Of a stretch of 64,000 nt of DNA, positions 11,918-19,996 are shown one piece after another. Numbering within the stretch: position 1 is the first letter of the stretch; every line of letters begins with the position of its first letter. The notes under the pieces are model-generated. The model was not told the DNA's origin. It worked only from the letters and a program-made list of their open reading frames with translations, and did not search any database. The stretch is taken from positions 2,184,208-2,248,207 of the forward strand of contig OY760141.1 of NCBI GenBank assembly GCA_963663255.1. Reading direction: 5' to 3'. The stretch comes from Acidimicrobiales bacterium (GTDB lineage Bacteria; Actinomycetota; Acidimicrobiia; Acidimicrobiales; Bin134). A program made the translations under genes and the position numbers.

Positions 11918-12874
11918 CTACAGCGAGATGACTTGGCCGCCTTGGTGGGAGGTTTGCCAGCGGAGGGATTTGCGCTCGGCGAAGCCGATTCCGCCGTTCA
12001 TAATCAGTGCGATGAGGGCCAGGATGAACACGATGGCGAAGGTGTCGCCGTAGGACAGCTGGTTGGCCGCGGTGATGAGCCGCTGGCCGAGGCCCCGGCG
12101 GGCGGAGAAGATCTCGCCGAACACCACCGCCAGCACCGAGATGACCGCCGAAAGGCGTAGTGCGCCGAACACCGCAGGGGTGATGCCGGGCAGCGTTACC
12201 TTGGTGAAGAGCTGGCGCTGGGATGCCCCCATGGTGCGGGCCACCATGTCGAGGTCGGGATCGACTAGGGCCACCGCGGCCTGGGTGGGCACCTGCACGA
12301 TGAAGAAGACGATGATCACGGCCAGCACGACCTTGGAGGTCTCGCCCACGCCGTACACGATCAGGATCAGCGGCAAGAAGGCGATCTTGGGCATGGCGTT
12401 GATGATGACGATGAAGGGCCCCACCGCTCTGGATGCTCTCTGGAAGCGCCCGAGCACGATGCCAACGAGAAGCCCAAGAATCGACCCGATGGCGAAGCCG
12501 AACAATGCCTCTTTCACCGTGACCCAGAGGTCTTGCCAGAAGAGCTTCTCGTGGTAGATCTGGGTGAAGTACTCCCAGGTCTCACCAGGGCTGGCCCGGA
12601 ACGTCTCGGGCACGTCGGGGAACGGCTGGATGCCGAATATCGAGAACGCGTCCCAGCCATTCCAGACGACCTCGTAGTGCCACAGCGCCCAGATCCCGAA
12701 CAGGATGGCGATCCGCAAGACCTGGACCGGGATGTCGAGGCGGCGCAGCCGGTATCTCCAAATGGACTCGTGGGGGATCAGCGCCTCCACTTCTTCTTGG
12801 CTGAGCGCGTCGGCCAACCTGGTCTGGCCGGCCATGTCGGCTTCCCTGGGCTCGTCGACGTCAGACGATTTCAC
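11918..12874 (-). CDS. ABC transporter permease (NitT/TauT family)
   Basis: Multi-pass membrane protein with a BPD_transp_1-like core (LPLILIVYGVGETSKVVLAVIIVFFIV...). The alternative start MAGQTRL at 12835 is also possible. Confidence 0.85.
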   Translation of the reverse strand: MKSSDVDEPREADMAGQTRLADALSQEEVEALIPHESIWRYRLRRLDIPVQVLRIAILFGIWALWHYEVVWNGWDAFSIFGIQPFPDVPETFRASPGETWEYFTQIYHEKLFWQDLWVTVKEALFGFAIGSILGLLVGIVLGRFQRASRAVGPFIVIINAMPKIAFLPLILIVYGVGETSKVVLAVIIVFFIVQVPTQAAVALVDPDLDMVARTMGASQRQLFTKVTLPGITPAVFGALRLSAVISVLAVVFGEIFSARRGLGQRLITAANQLSYGDTFAIVFILALIALIMNGGIGFAERKSLRWQTSHQGGQVISL

Positions 12875-13637
12875 CGCGCAACTCCTCCCAGATCTTGTGC
12901 TCTGTCTCCCGGAAAACCGGGTCGAAGCGGAGCTCGTCGATCACCCGGGGGCGGGCCAGATCGACAATGGTGTCCGACTTGATGCGGCCGGGTCGGGCGG
13001 TCATGACCACCACCCGGTCGGCCAAAAGCACGGCCTCCTCGAGGTCGTGGGTCACAAATATGACCGTCTTGTGGGTCTCGTACCAGATTTCTAAGAACTC
13101 TGACTGGACGGTGAGCCGGGTTTGGGCGTCGAGAGCGCCGAAGGGCTCGTCCATGAGCCACAAATCGGGGTCGATGGCCAGTGTGCGGGCGATGGCCACC
13201 CGCTGGCGCATGCCCTGGCTGAGCTGAGAGGGGAATGAGTTGGCAAAGCCCTCAAGACGCAGCTTGGCCAGCAACTCCATGGCCCGCTGGCGCCGCTCGC
13301 TCCGGGGCACGCCCCGGAACTCAAGGCCGAGCTCGACGTTTCGACGGGCGGTGCGCCACGGGCTCAGCCCCGAGCGGGCCAGCATGTAACCGATGTCGTC
13401 GCTGGGGCCGTCGACCTCTTCGCCGTGGCGATTGACCGATCCCCGGGTGGCGTTGAGGATCCCGGCCAGCATGTTCAAGATGGTGGTCTTTCCGCACCCG
13501 CTCGGCCCGACCACGGCCACGAACTGGCCAGCCGGGATGGAGAGGTTGATGTCCTGGATGGCGAGCACCGGCTCATCTTTGGGGTGATCGCCCCCGAAGA
13601 TGAGGGTGACATCCTTCAGTTCGACCGCTGGGCTCAC
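12861..13637 (-). CDS. ABC transporter ATP-binding protein (NitT/TauT family)
   Basis: Walker A GPSGCGKTT, signature LSQGMRQRVAIAR and Walker B LWLMDEPFGALD. Confidence 0.9.
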   Translation of the reverse strand: MSPAVELKDVTLIFGGDHPKDEPVLAIQDINLSIPAGQFVAVVGPSGCGKTTILNMLAGILNATRGSVNRHGEEVDGPSDDIGYMLARSGLSPWRTARRNVELGLEFRGVPRSERRQRAMELLAKLRLEGFANSFPSQLSQGMRQRVAIARTLAIDPDLWLMDEPFGALDAQTRLTVQSEFLEIWYETHKTVIFVTHDLEEAVLLADRVVVMTARPGRIKSDTIVDLARPRVIDELRFDPVFRETEHKIWEELRGEIV

Positions 13638-13715
13638 AACGCCACCATCTCGATACCTTAGCCAGCCCCACCGGTCGGGCGACCTGAACAGCCGCCCGAC
13701 CGGAAGAAGAGTTGG

Positions 13716-15854
13716 CTACGGGGATACCGCGAACTCGCTGAAGTCCTGGGCCTCTTCGAGGATGCCTCGTCCAACCGCGTAGTCCACGTTGTTCTGGAGC
13801 CGGGCGGGCTGAAGGGCACCGTTGAGAGAGAAGATCCCGACGCTGTTGTCGAGGATGGCCTCGGCCAGTTCACCCTGCACGCCAAGGAAGTCATCCATTA
13901 CCTCCAACACCTCAGCACGGTTGGCTGGATTGCGTATCCAGTCCATGGTGCTGCGCATCGTCTGCGCGTAGATGGCCACCGTGTTGGGGTTGTTGTCGAA
14001 GAACTCGCGAGAGGTGGTGTTCACCAACGACGGCCAGTTCAACTCGCTCGGCCCGTCCCCGGCCCGCAGGGCAAATGGGGCGTATGCGATTCCATCAACT
14101 ACCGCTTGGCTCAGACCGGGCTCGAAGGTGATGGCCCAGTCCACCTCACCGGACGACAGCGCCGCCAGTGTGGTGCCCGACAGACCCGTGGCGATGTAGG
14201 TGGCGCCATCGGGATCGAGTCCCGCGGAGTCAATGAGCTGGCGGGCGATCTGCTCAGCCGCCGCTCCTCGGGCTACCACGCCCACTCGGGTGCCCTCAAG
14301 CGCCTCCATGGTGCATTGCCAGTCGCCCTGCTCACAGTCGATCTGACCGAAGTCTTCGCTAACCAGGATGTCGAAGAAGTGCTTGTCGGCCAACTGCTGG
14401 AACATCACAACGTCGAAGCCGGCGTTGCGGATCCCCAGCATGTTGTCGGGGGTGTTGATCACGAAATGGACCTCTCCGGCGATCAATGCCGCGGCATTGG
14501 CGGGACCGGAGGGACACTGGATGAACTCGCCTTCCACCCCGCGCTCCCCCAAGAAGCCCTTGATTACCGCGATGTGGGCGACCATGCCGTTGAAGGAAGC
14601 GGCTGTGCATATCCCAACATTGGTCGCCTCCGGCACGAGGGCCTCCGGCACGATCACGTCGATGCCGGGGCCTACTGCGAATTCGCCGAATGCCTGGGCT
14701 TCGGAGAGGATGCCACGGCCCACGGCGTAGTTGACGTTGTTGGTGATCCGCACAGGGTTGAGCTCAGCGGTGACGGTCATCGAGCCGATGTTGCTGTCGA
14801 ATATGTACTGGGCGACGTCGGGTTCGAGGCCCAGGTGGGCGTCCAGCTCCTCCAGGACCGCGTCCTGGTTGGCGGGATCGCGCAACCACGCCATGGATTC
14901 GAGGATCGCCGCCCGGTAATTCAAAACGGTATTGGGATTGGCATCCCAATAGGAGCGGGCAGTGATCATCACAGCAGATGGCCAGTCCAACTCGGTCGGA
15001 CCATCGCCGCCCCGCAGCCGGAACGGTGCGTAGCCGATGTCATCGAGTTCGGCCCGACTCAAGCCGGGCTCAAACGTGATCGCCCAGTCCACCTCGTCGG
15101 AATCCAGCGCGGCCAGCGTCGTGCCGGCCAACCCGGTGGCGATGTAGGTGGTGTCATCGGGGTCGAACCCGGCGGAGTCCAAGAGCTGGCGGGCGATCTG
15201 CTCGGCGGCGGCGCCTCGGGCCACCACGCCTACGCGGGTGCCGTCGAGCACAGCCATGACGCACTCCCAGTCACCCTGCGGACAGTCGATCTCGCCGAAG
15301 TTGTTGGACACCACGATGTCGAAGAAGTGGTTGTCGACGACCTGGGCGAACATCACCACGTCGAAATCGGCGTTGCGGATGCCCAGCATGTTGTCGGGGG
15401 TGTTCAGGGCGATATCAACCTGGCCGGAGACCAGCGATGCGGCCTGGGCCGGACCGGAGTGGCAGGCCACGAAGTCGATCTCGAATCCCCTGTTCTCGGC
15501 AAAGCCCTGATTGGCCATCACCTTGGCGTAGATCTGGGTGAAAGACGGCGCATCGCACACCGTGACTACGGTGTCCTCAGGCGGGCCAATTTCCTCTATG
15601 ACAACGGCGTCTTCGTCCGGGCCGTCGCCGGGCTCGTCAGACGGCTCGTCGCTGGGCTCATCCGATGGCTCGTCGCTGGGCTCATCGGAAGGCTCGTCGC
15701 TGGGCTCATCCGATGGCTCGTCGCTGGGCTCATCGGAAGGCGCCGACGGCTCGTCGCTGACGCCAGGGTCATCATCGTCGTTGCCACAGGCAGTGGCAAC
15801 GAGCGAGAAAGCAAACAAGATGGCAAGAAGTGAAAAGAGCCAAGAACGTTTCAT
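13716..15854 (-). CDS. lipoprotein with two tandem NMT1/SsuA-like substrate-binding domains
   Basis: The start MKRSWLFSLLAILFAFSLVATACGNDDDD gives a signal peptide plus a Cys lipobox-like site. A PSDE-repeat linker follows, then two ~300-aa halves (about 14640..15572 and 13719..14627) that align residue by residue, for example NTPDNMLGIRNA.FDVVMF and GTRVGVVARGAAAEQIARQL. Confidence 0.85.
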   Translation of the reverse strand: MKRSWLFSLLAILFAFSLVATACGNDDDDPGVSDEPSAPSDEPSDEPSDEPSDEPSDEPSDEPSDEPSDEPSDEPGDGPDEDAVVIEEIGPPEDTVVTVCDAPSFTQIYAKVMANQGFAENRGFEIDFVACHSGPAQAASLVSGQVDIALNTPDNMLGIRNADFDVVMFAQVVDNHFFDIVVSNNFGEIDCPQGDWECVMAVLDGTRVGVVARGAAAEQIARQLLDSAGFDPDDTTYIATGLAGTTLAALDSDEVDWAITFEPGLSRAELDDIGYAPFRLRGGDGPTELDWPSAVMITARSYWDANPNTVLNYRAAILESMAWLRDPANQDAVLEELDAHLGLEPDVAQYIFDSNIGSMTVTAELNPVRITNNVNYAVGRGILSEAQAFGEFAVGPGIDVIVPEALVPEATNVGICTAASFNGMVAHIAVIKGFLGERGVEGEFIQCPSGPANAAALIAGEVHFVINTPDNMLGIRNAGFDVVMFQQLADKHFFDILVSEDFGQIDCEQGDWQCTMEALEGTRVGVVARGAAAEQIARQLIDSAGLDPDGATYIATGLSGTTLAALSSGEVDWAITFEPGLSQAVVDGIAYAPFALRAGDGPSELNWPSLVNTTSREFFDNNPNTVAIYAQTMRSTMDWIRNPANRAEVLEVMDDFLGVQGELAEAILDNSVGIFSLNGALQPARLQNNVDYAVGRGILEEAQDFSEFAVSP
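15631..15760 (-). repeat. 12/24-bp in-frame tandem repeat encoding (PSDE)n linker
   Basis: The plus strand shows reiterated ggctcgtcgctgggctcatc(c/g)ga(t/a) units. They translate on the minus strand as SDEPSDEPSDEP, about 10 tetrapeptides. Confidence 0.9.
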
Positions 15855-15962
15855 GTATCCCCCTCGGACACGCGCTAGTACGCAGAGCACAGGCCGATAG
15901 TTCACCACTAAATGTTCGGAAGCGCAAGAAACTCGGGCGATTGCGCCGCTACGCTCCCCACA

Positions 15963-17447
15963 ATGTCGGAAACGAAGCCGCCCAACATCTTGCTATTGGT
16001 GTCTGATCAGGAGCGCCAGCGCGATTGGCTGCCGCCAGGAGTGCCGCTGCCGGCCCGCCAGCGCTTGTTGGACCAGTCGCTGGAGTTCCGCCGCCACTAC
16101 ACCCACACCTCGCCGTGCTCGCCGTCGCGGGCCACGCTTTTCACCGGGCTGCACATGGACGAGCACGGGGTGACCGAGAACTCCAGCTACCCCAACAACA
16201 CCCAGCTCTCCACCGACATCCCCACCCTGGGCACCCGGCTGCGGGACGCCGGCTACCGCACCGCCTACAAGGGCAAATGGCACCTCGAAGCCTCAGCCGA
16301 GCCCGACATGGAGGCCTACGGCTTCTCGGATTGGACCGGCAACGACATGGCCTTTTGGGGACTGCCGGGCAGCGGCAGCGAGTTCGACGAGCCCATCGCG
16401 GCCGACTCAGCCGCCTGGCTGCGCAACCAGCGCGACTCCACCCAGCCCTGGTTCTTGACGGTGGGGCTGGTGAACCCCCACGACATCATGTGGTTCCCGC
16501 TCGACCAGCCCTGGTTCTGGGAGCAGGAGCCCGAATACGTGGCCCATAGCCGGGAGAAGCTGGATCGGCGCAAGTGGGGCCGGGCCACCAACCTGCCGGC
16601 CTTCGACTACGAGATCGACCGGTGGTGTACCGAGCTGCCCGAGAACTTCGACGACGACCTGCACACCAAGCCCGAGGTCCACCGCCGCTGGCTGCTGGAG
16701 ATGGAGCGCACCAGCACCCCGGGGCCGATGGACCCCGGCGACCACGACATCTGGCTGCGCCAGCTCGACTACTACGTGAAGCTGCATCAGCTCAGCGACC
16801 AGTGCTTGGCGACGGTCTTGGGCGCACTGGACGATATCGACCAGTGGGATAACACCGTGGTGGTGTTCACCTCCGACCACGGCGACCAGTGCGGCTCCCA
16901 CGGGCTGCGGTCCAAGGGGCCGTGGAACTACGAGGAGACCATGCGGATCCCGCTTTATTTGTCGGCGCCGGGGCTGACCGCGGCGGGCACGGCCACCGAG
17001 TCCCTCACTAGCCACACCGACTTGGCGGCCACTGTTCTGGAGCTAGCCGGGGTGGACGCCTCGGATCTGCCCGGCCAGAGCCTGAGCCCGCTGTTCGACG
17101 ACCAGTCGGCACAGATCCGCGACCACATCCTGTTCGCCCAGCGGTGGCCGTGGTACCTGGGGGTGGAGAAGGTGCGCTACGCCTCCTCGGGGGTGTTCGA
17201 CGGCCGCCACAAGTACTGCCGCTACTACGGCATCGGCGGCGGGGTGAGCAACTTCGGGGTGTCGCTGGGCGACTCAATGCTGTTTGGGCCCGATGCCGAG
17301 TTCGATGACCACGACCACGAGTGGTACGACCACGACGACGATCCGCACGAGCTGGTGAACTTGGCCAACGACCGCAGTCGGCGCAGTGAGCTGCGGGAGC
17401 GGTTTGAGGTGTTGAGGGAGCTGGAGGCGGTGGAGTACGGGGTTTAG
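15963..17447 (+). CDS. sulfatase (Cys-type, formylglycine-dependent family)
   Basis: Start MSETKPPNILLLVSDQ. Sulfatase signature TSPCSPSRATLFTGL (C-x-P-x-R). FTSDHGD metal-site motif. Confidence 0.9.
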   Translation: MSETKPPNILLLVSDQERQRDWLPPGVPLPARQRLLDQSLEFRRHYTHTSPCSPSRATLFTGLHMDEHGVTENSSYPNNTQLSTDIPTLGTRLRDAGYRTAYKGKWHLEASAEPDMEAYGFSDWTGNDMAFWGLPGSGSEFDEPIAADSAAWLRNQRDSTQPWFLTVGLVNPHDIMWFPLDQPWFWEQEPEYVAHSREKLDRRKWGRATNLPAFDYEIDRWCTELPENFDDDLHTKPEVHRRWLLEMERTSTPGPMDPGDHDIWLRQLDYYVKLHQLSDQCLATVLGALDDIDQWDNTVVVFTSDHGDQCGSHGLRSKGPWNYEETMRIPLYLSAPGLTAAGTATESLTSHTDLAATVLELAGVDASDLPGQSLSPLFDDQSAQIRDHILFAQRWPWYLGVEKVRYASSGVFDGRHKYCRYYGIGGGVSNFGVSLGDSMLFGPDAEFDDHDHEWYDHDDDPHELVNLANDRSRRSELRERFEVLRELEAVEYGV

Positions 17448-17454
17448 GTTTGCC

Positions 17455-17583
17455 CGTTTCCATCCTCCGGTGTGCGGCGGGCTGTCTTGACGGGTCGTGG
17501 TGGCGGGGCCTGTCCCGGCCCAGCCCGCCGTCCTCGCAGGGCTGCGGGCGGCGGGCGCCCTGAGCCGGGCCACCCACCACCAC
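17455..17583. repeat. structured intergenic repeat, copy 1
   Basis: It shares two blocks that are identical by eye with copy 2: cctgtcccggcccagcccgccgtcctcg at 17509..17536 and cgggcggcgggcgccctgagccgggccaccc at 17545..17575. The arms 17514-17519/17564-17569 and 17524-17530/17549-17555 are complementary. Confidence 0.85.
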
Positions 17584-17636
17584 GACCTCTTTGTGGGCCG
17601 CCGCACACCTACCCGAAGGCTCGCCATCGGTTTTTT

Positions 17637-19961
17637 TTATTCAAGCGCCATGCCGAATTCGCGGAATTCTTCTTGGAGGACTTCGTCGGCGTCGGGGGCG
17701 GGAGCCCCTGGGGTGTAGGTCACCTGATGGAGGGTGCCGGTGTAGGGGAAGGTGCCGTGGCGCTGGAAGATGTCCCACGACACGGGGGAGCGCCGGTTGA
17801 TGCCGACGTCGATGCCCTGCCAGGGCAAAAAGCCGATCATCTGAGGGATGTCGGAGAGAGTGGATCCGACCCGGCCGTCGGCGCCCACTGAGACGTTCCA
17901 GATGCGCCCGCCGGGGGCTTGGATGTCGACCACCACCTGCCGGCACTCCCCCGACAGGGCCACCGGATCGGCGGCCAGGTACCGACCGGAGCTGTTGACC
18001 ACGAAACATAAGGCGTCGTTCTCGATGTAGAGCACATAGCCCGACGCCTGGCTGCCGTGGGCCACCAACACGCCTTGGTCGCCGGGGCGGTGGTGCAGGT
18101 CGACGGTGACGGTGAAGTTGCCGCCAGCGATGAGCCGGGACGACCGCAAGCGCTCCATGGTTGGCGATCCGGGGAGAATCCGCAGTTCGCGGGTGAGATT
18201 GGCGTGTTCGGGGGGCTTCAACGACCGGAACAGCCCAGAGGCCTCGTCGAGCGGGAAAACCCGGTTGCGCCAAGCGGCCTCCTCCCAGGCCTCCACCAGC
18301 TCGGCCAGCTTCTCGGGCTCGGCTTCGGCCAGGTCGTTTCTCTCGTTGAAATCGTCGGCCAGGTTGAAAAGCTCCCAGCGGTCGGAGCTGAACGGGGTGT
18401 GATGCTCGTGGAAAATGGCCGCCGACCAGCCGTCGCTATAGATGCCCCGGTGGCCGATGCACTCTATGTACTGCTCGGTGTGGTCGGAGGGGGCGTTGGG
18501 ATCATCCAAAGAGGCAGCAAACGACACCCCGTCGGGAGCGTCGGAAGCCTGCCCGTGGCGTTCCGTGGGGACGTCGAGGCCGAGCAGGTCGGCCAGGGTG
18601 GGCAGGAGATCGGTGATGTGGGTGTACTGATGGCGCAGCTCCCCGCCGATCGCCTCGGTGCGCGCCGGCCACGACAGCACCATGGGCACCGAATGGCCGC
18701 CCCGGTGAGCGGTGATCTTGTACAGCCTAAAGGGGGTATTGCAGGCCATGGCCCAGCCCCGCGGATAGTGGGGCCAGGTGGTGGGGCCGCCGATTTCGTC
18801 GGCTTCTAGGGCCTCGAGCTCGAACTCGCTCACTGGCGGCGAGGGCCGGGCGCCGGTGCCGCTATGGGTGAAGTACGAGGTGCTGCCCTGGGCTCGGCCT
18901 TCTCGCGACGCGCCGTTGTCGCTGGTGAAGACGAAGATGGTGTTGTCGAGTTGGCCGAGGGCCTCCAACTCGGCCCGGATGCGGGCCACGCTGTCGTCGA
19001 TCGAATCCACCATGGCGGCGTACACCTCCATATAGCGGGCCATGACCCGGCGCTCGTCCTCCGAGTAGCTGTCCCAGGCCCGCACATCCTCGTTGGGCTC
19101 GGGGTTGCGGGGGGCCAGCTCGGCGTCGGGTGGGACCACGCCCAGCTTCTTTTGGCGGGCTAGGCGCTCCTCGCGGAGCTGGTCCCAGCCCTTGTCGTAG
19201 TTGCCCCGGTGGCGGGCGATGTCCTCAGCCTTGGCGTGCAACGGGGCATGGACCGCCCCGTGGGCGTAGTACAAGAAGAGCGGCTTGTCGGGGTCGGTGG
19301 TCTTCACGTCGCGGATCATGCGGCACGCCCGGTCGGTGAGATCATCGGTTAGGTAGTAGCCCTCGGGATACTCGTCTATGTGGACGGGGTTGTTGCCCTC
19401 ATACAGCTGATGGGGGAAGTGGAAATCAGTCAGGGCCTCCAAGAACCCGTAGTACTGGTCGAAACCCCGCTGCAACGGCCACGAGTGGGTGTCCCCGGCC
19501 ACTGACAAGTCGGACTCCAAACACAGATGCCACTTGCCCACCGCCATGGTGGCGTAGCCGTTGTCTCGCAGCATCTCGGCCAGCGTCGACTGGTTGTGGG
19601 GCAACTCGCCGGCATAGCCGGGAAAGCCGGGGTTGGCGTTGGCCACAAACCCCATCCCGGCATGATGGGAGTTGAGTCCGGTCAACAGCGCGGCCCGGGT
19701 GGGCGAGCACAGCGGGGTGACGTGGAAATTGGTGTAGCGGACCCCGGAATCGGCCATTGCGTCGATGGCTGGAGTAGGTATCTCCGAGCCGTAACAGCCC
19801 AGATCGGAAAAGCCCAGATCGTCAGCCAGCACGATGACGACGTTGGGAGCATCGGCCGGCGGCATGGGTTTGGGCGGCCACCACGATTCTGAGGTGGCGA
19901 TAATCCGGCCGATCTTCCCCCCGAACCCCGGATAGTGCTCCTGCTGGCGCTGATCGGTCAT
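17637..19961 (-). CDS. arylsulfatase (large AtsA-like, Cys-type)
   Basis: 774 aa with VVIVLADDLGFSD, the signature LCSPTRAALLTGLN, FTSDNGAS, and a long C-terminal beta-rich domain. Confidence 0.9.
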   Translation of the reverse strand: MTDQRQQEHYPGFGGKIGRIIATSESWWPPKPMPPADAPNVVIVLADDLGFSDLGCYGSEIPTPAIDAMADSGVRYTNFHVTPLCSPTRAALLTGLNSHHAGMGFVANANPGFPGYAGELPHNQSTLAEMLRDNGYATMAVGKWHLCLESDLSVAGDTHSWPLQRGFDQYYGFLEALTDFHFPHQLYEGNNPVHIDEYPEGYYLTDDLTDRACRMIRDVKTTDPDKPLFLYYAHGAVHAPLHAKAEDIARHRGNYDKGWDQLREERLARQKKLGVVPPDAELAPRNPEPNEDVRAWDSYSEDERRVMARYMEVYAAMVDSIDDSVARIRAELEALGQLDNTIFVFTSDNGASREGRAQGSTSYFTHSGTGARPSPPVSEFELEALEADEIGGPTTWPHYPRGWAMACNTPFRLYKITAHRGGHSVPMVLSWPARTEAIGGELRHQYTHITDLLPTLADLLGLDVPTERHGQASDAPDGVSFAASLDDPNAPSDHTEQYIECIGHRGIYSDGWSAAIFHEHHTPFSSDRWELFNLADDFNERNDLAEAEPEKLAELVEAWEEAAWRNRVFPLDEASGLFRSLKPPEHANLTRELRILPGSPTMERLRSSRLIAGGNFTVTVDLHHRPGDQGVLVAHGSQASGYVLYIENDALCFVVNSSGRYLAADPVALSGECRQVVVDIQAPGGRIWNVSVGADGRVGSTLSDIPQMIGFLPWQGIDVGINRRSPVSWDIFQRHGTFPYTGTLHQVTYTPGAPAPDADEVLQEEFREFGMALE

Positions 19962-19996
19962 GTGTTCTCCTTGTGATCTGTCGCCGAGAGTAGGGG

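Noticed and set aside
17629-17638. The T-run (tttttttt) as an intrinsic terminator for the plus-strand sulfatase gene.
   Set aside because: I found no convincing GC-rich hairpin immediately upstream of the run, and it overlaps the stop codon of the minus-strand arylsulfatase. The nearby structured repeat is reported separately instead.
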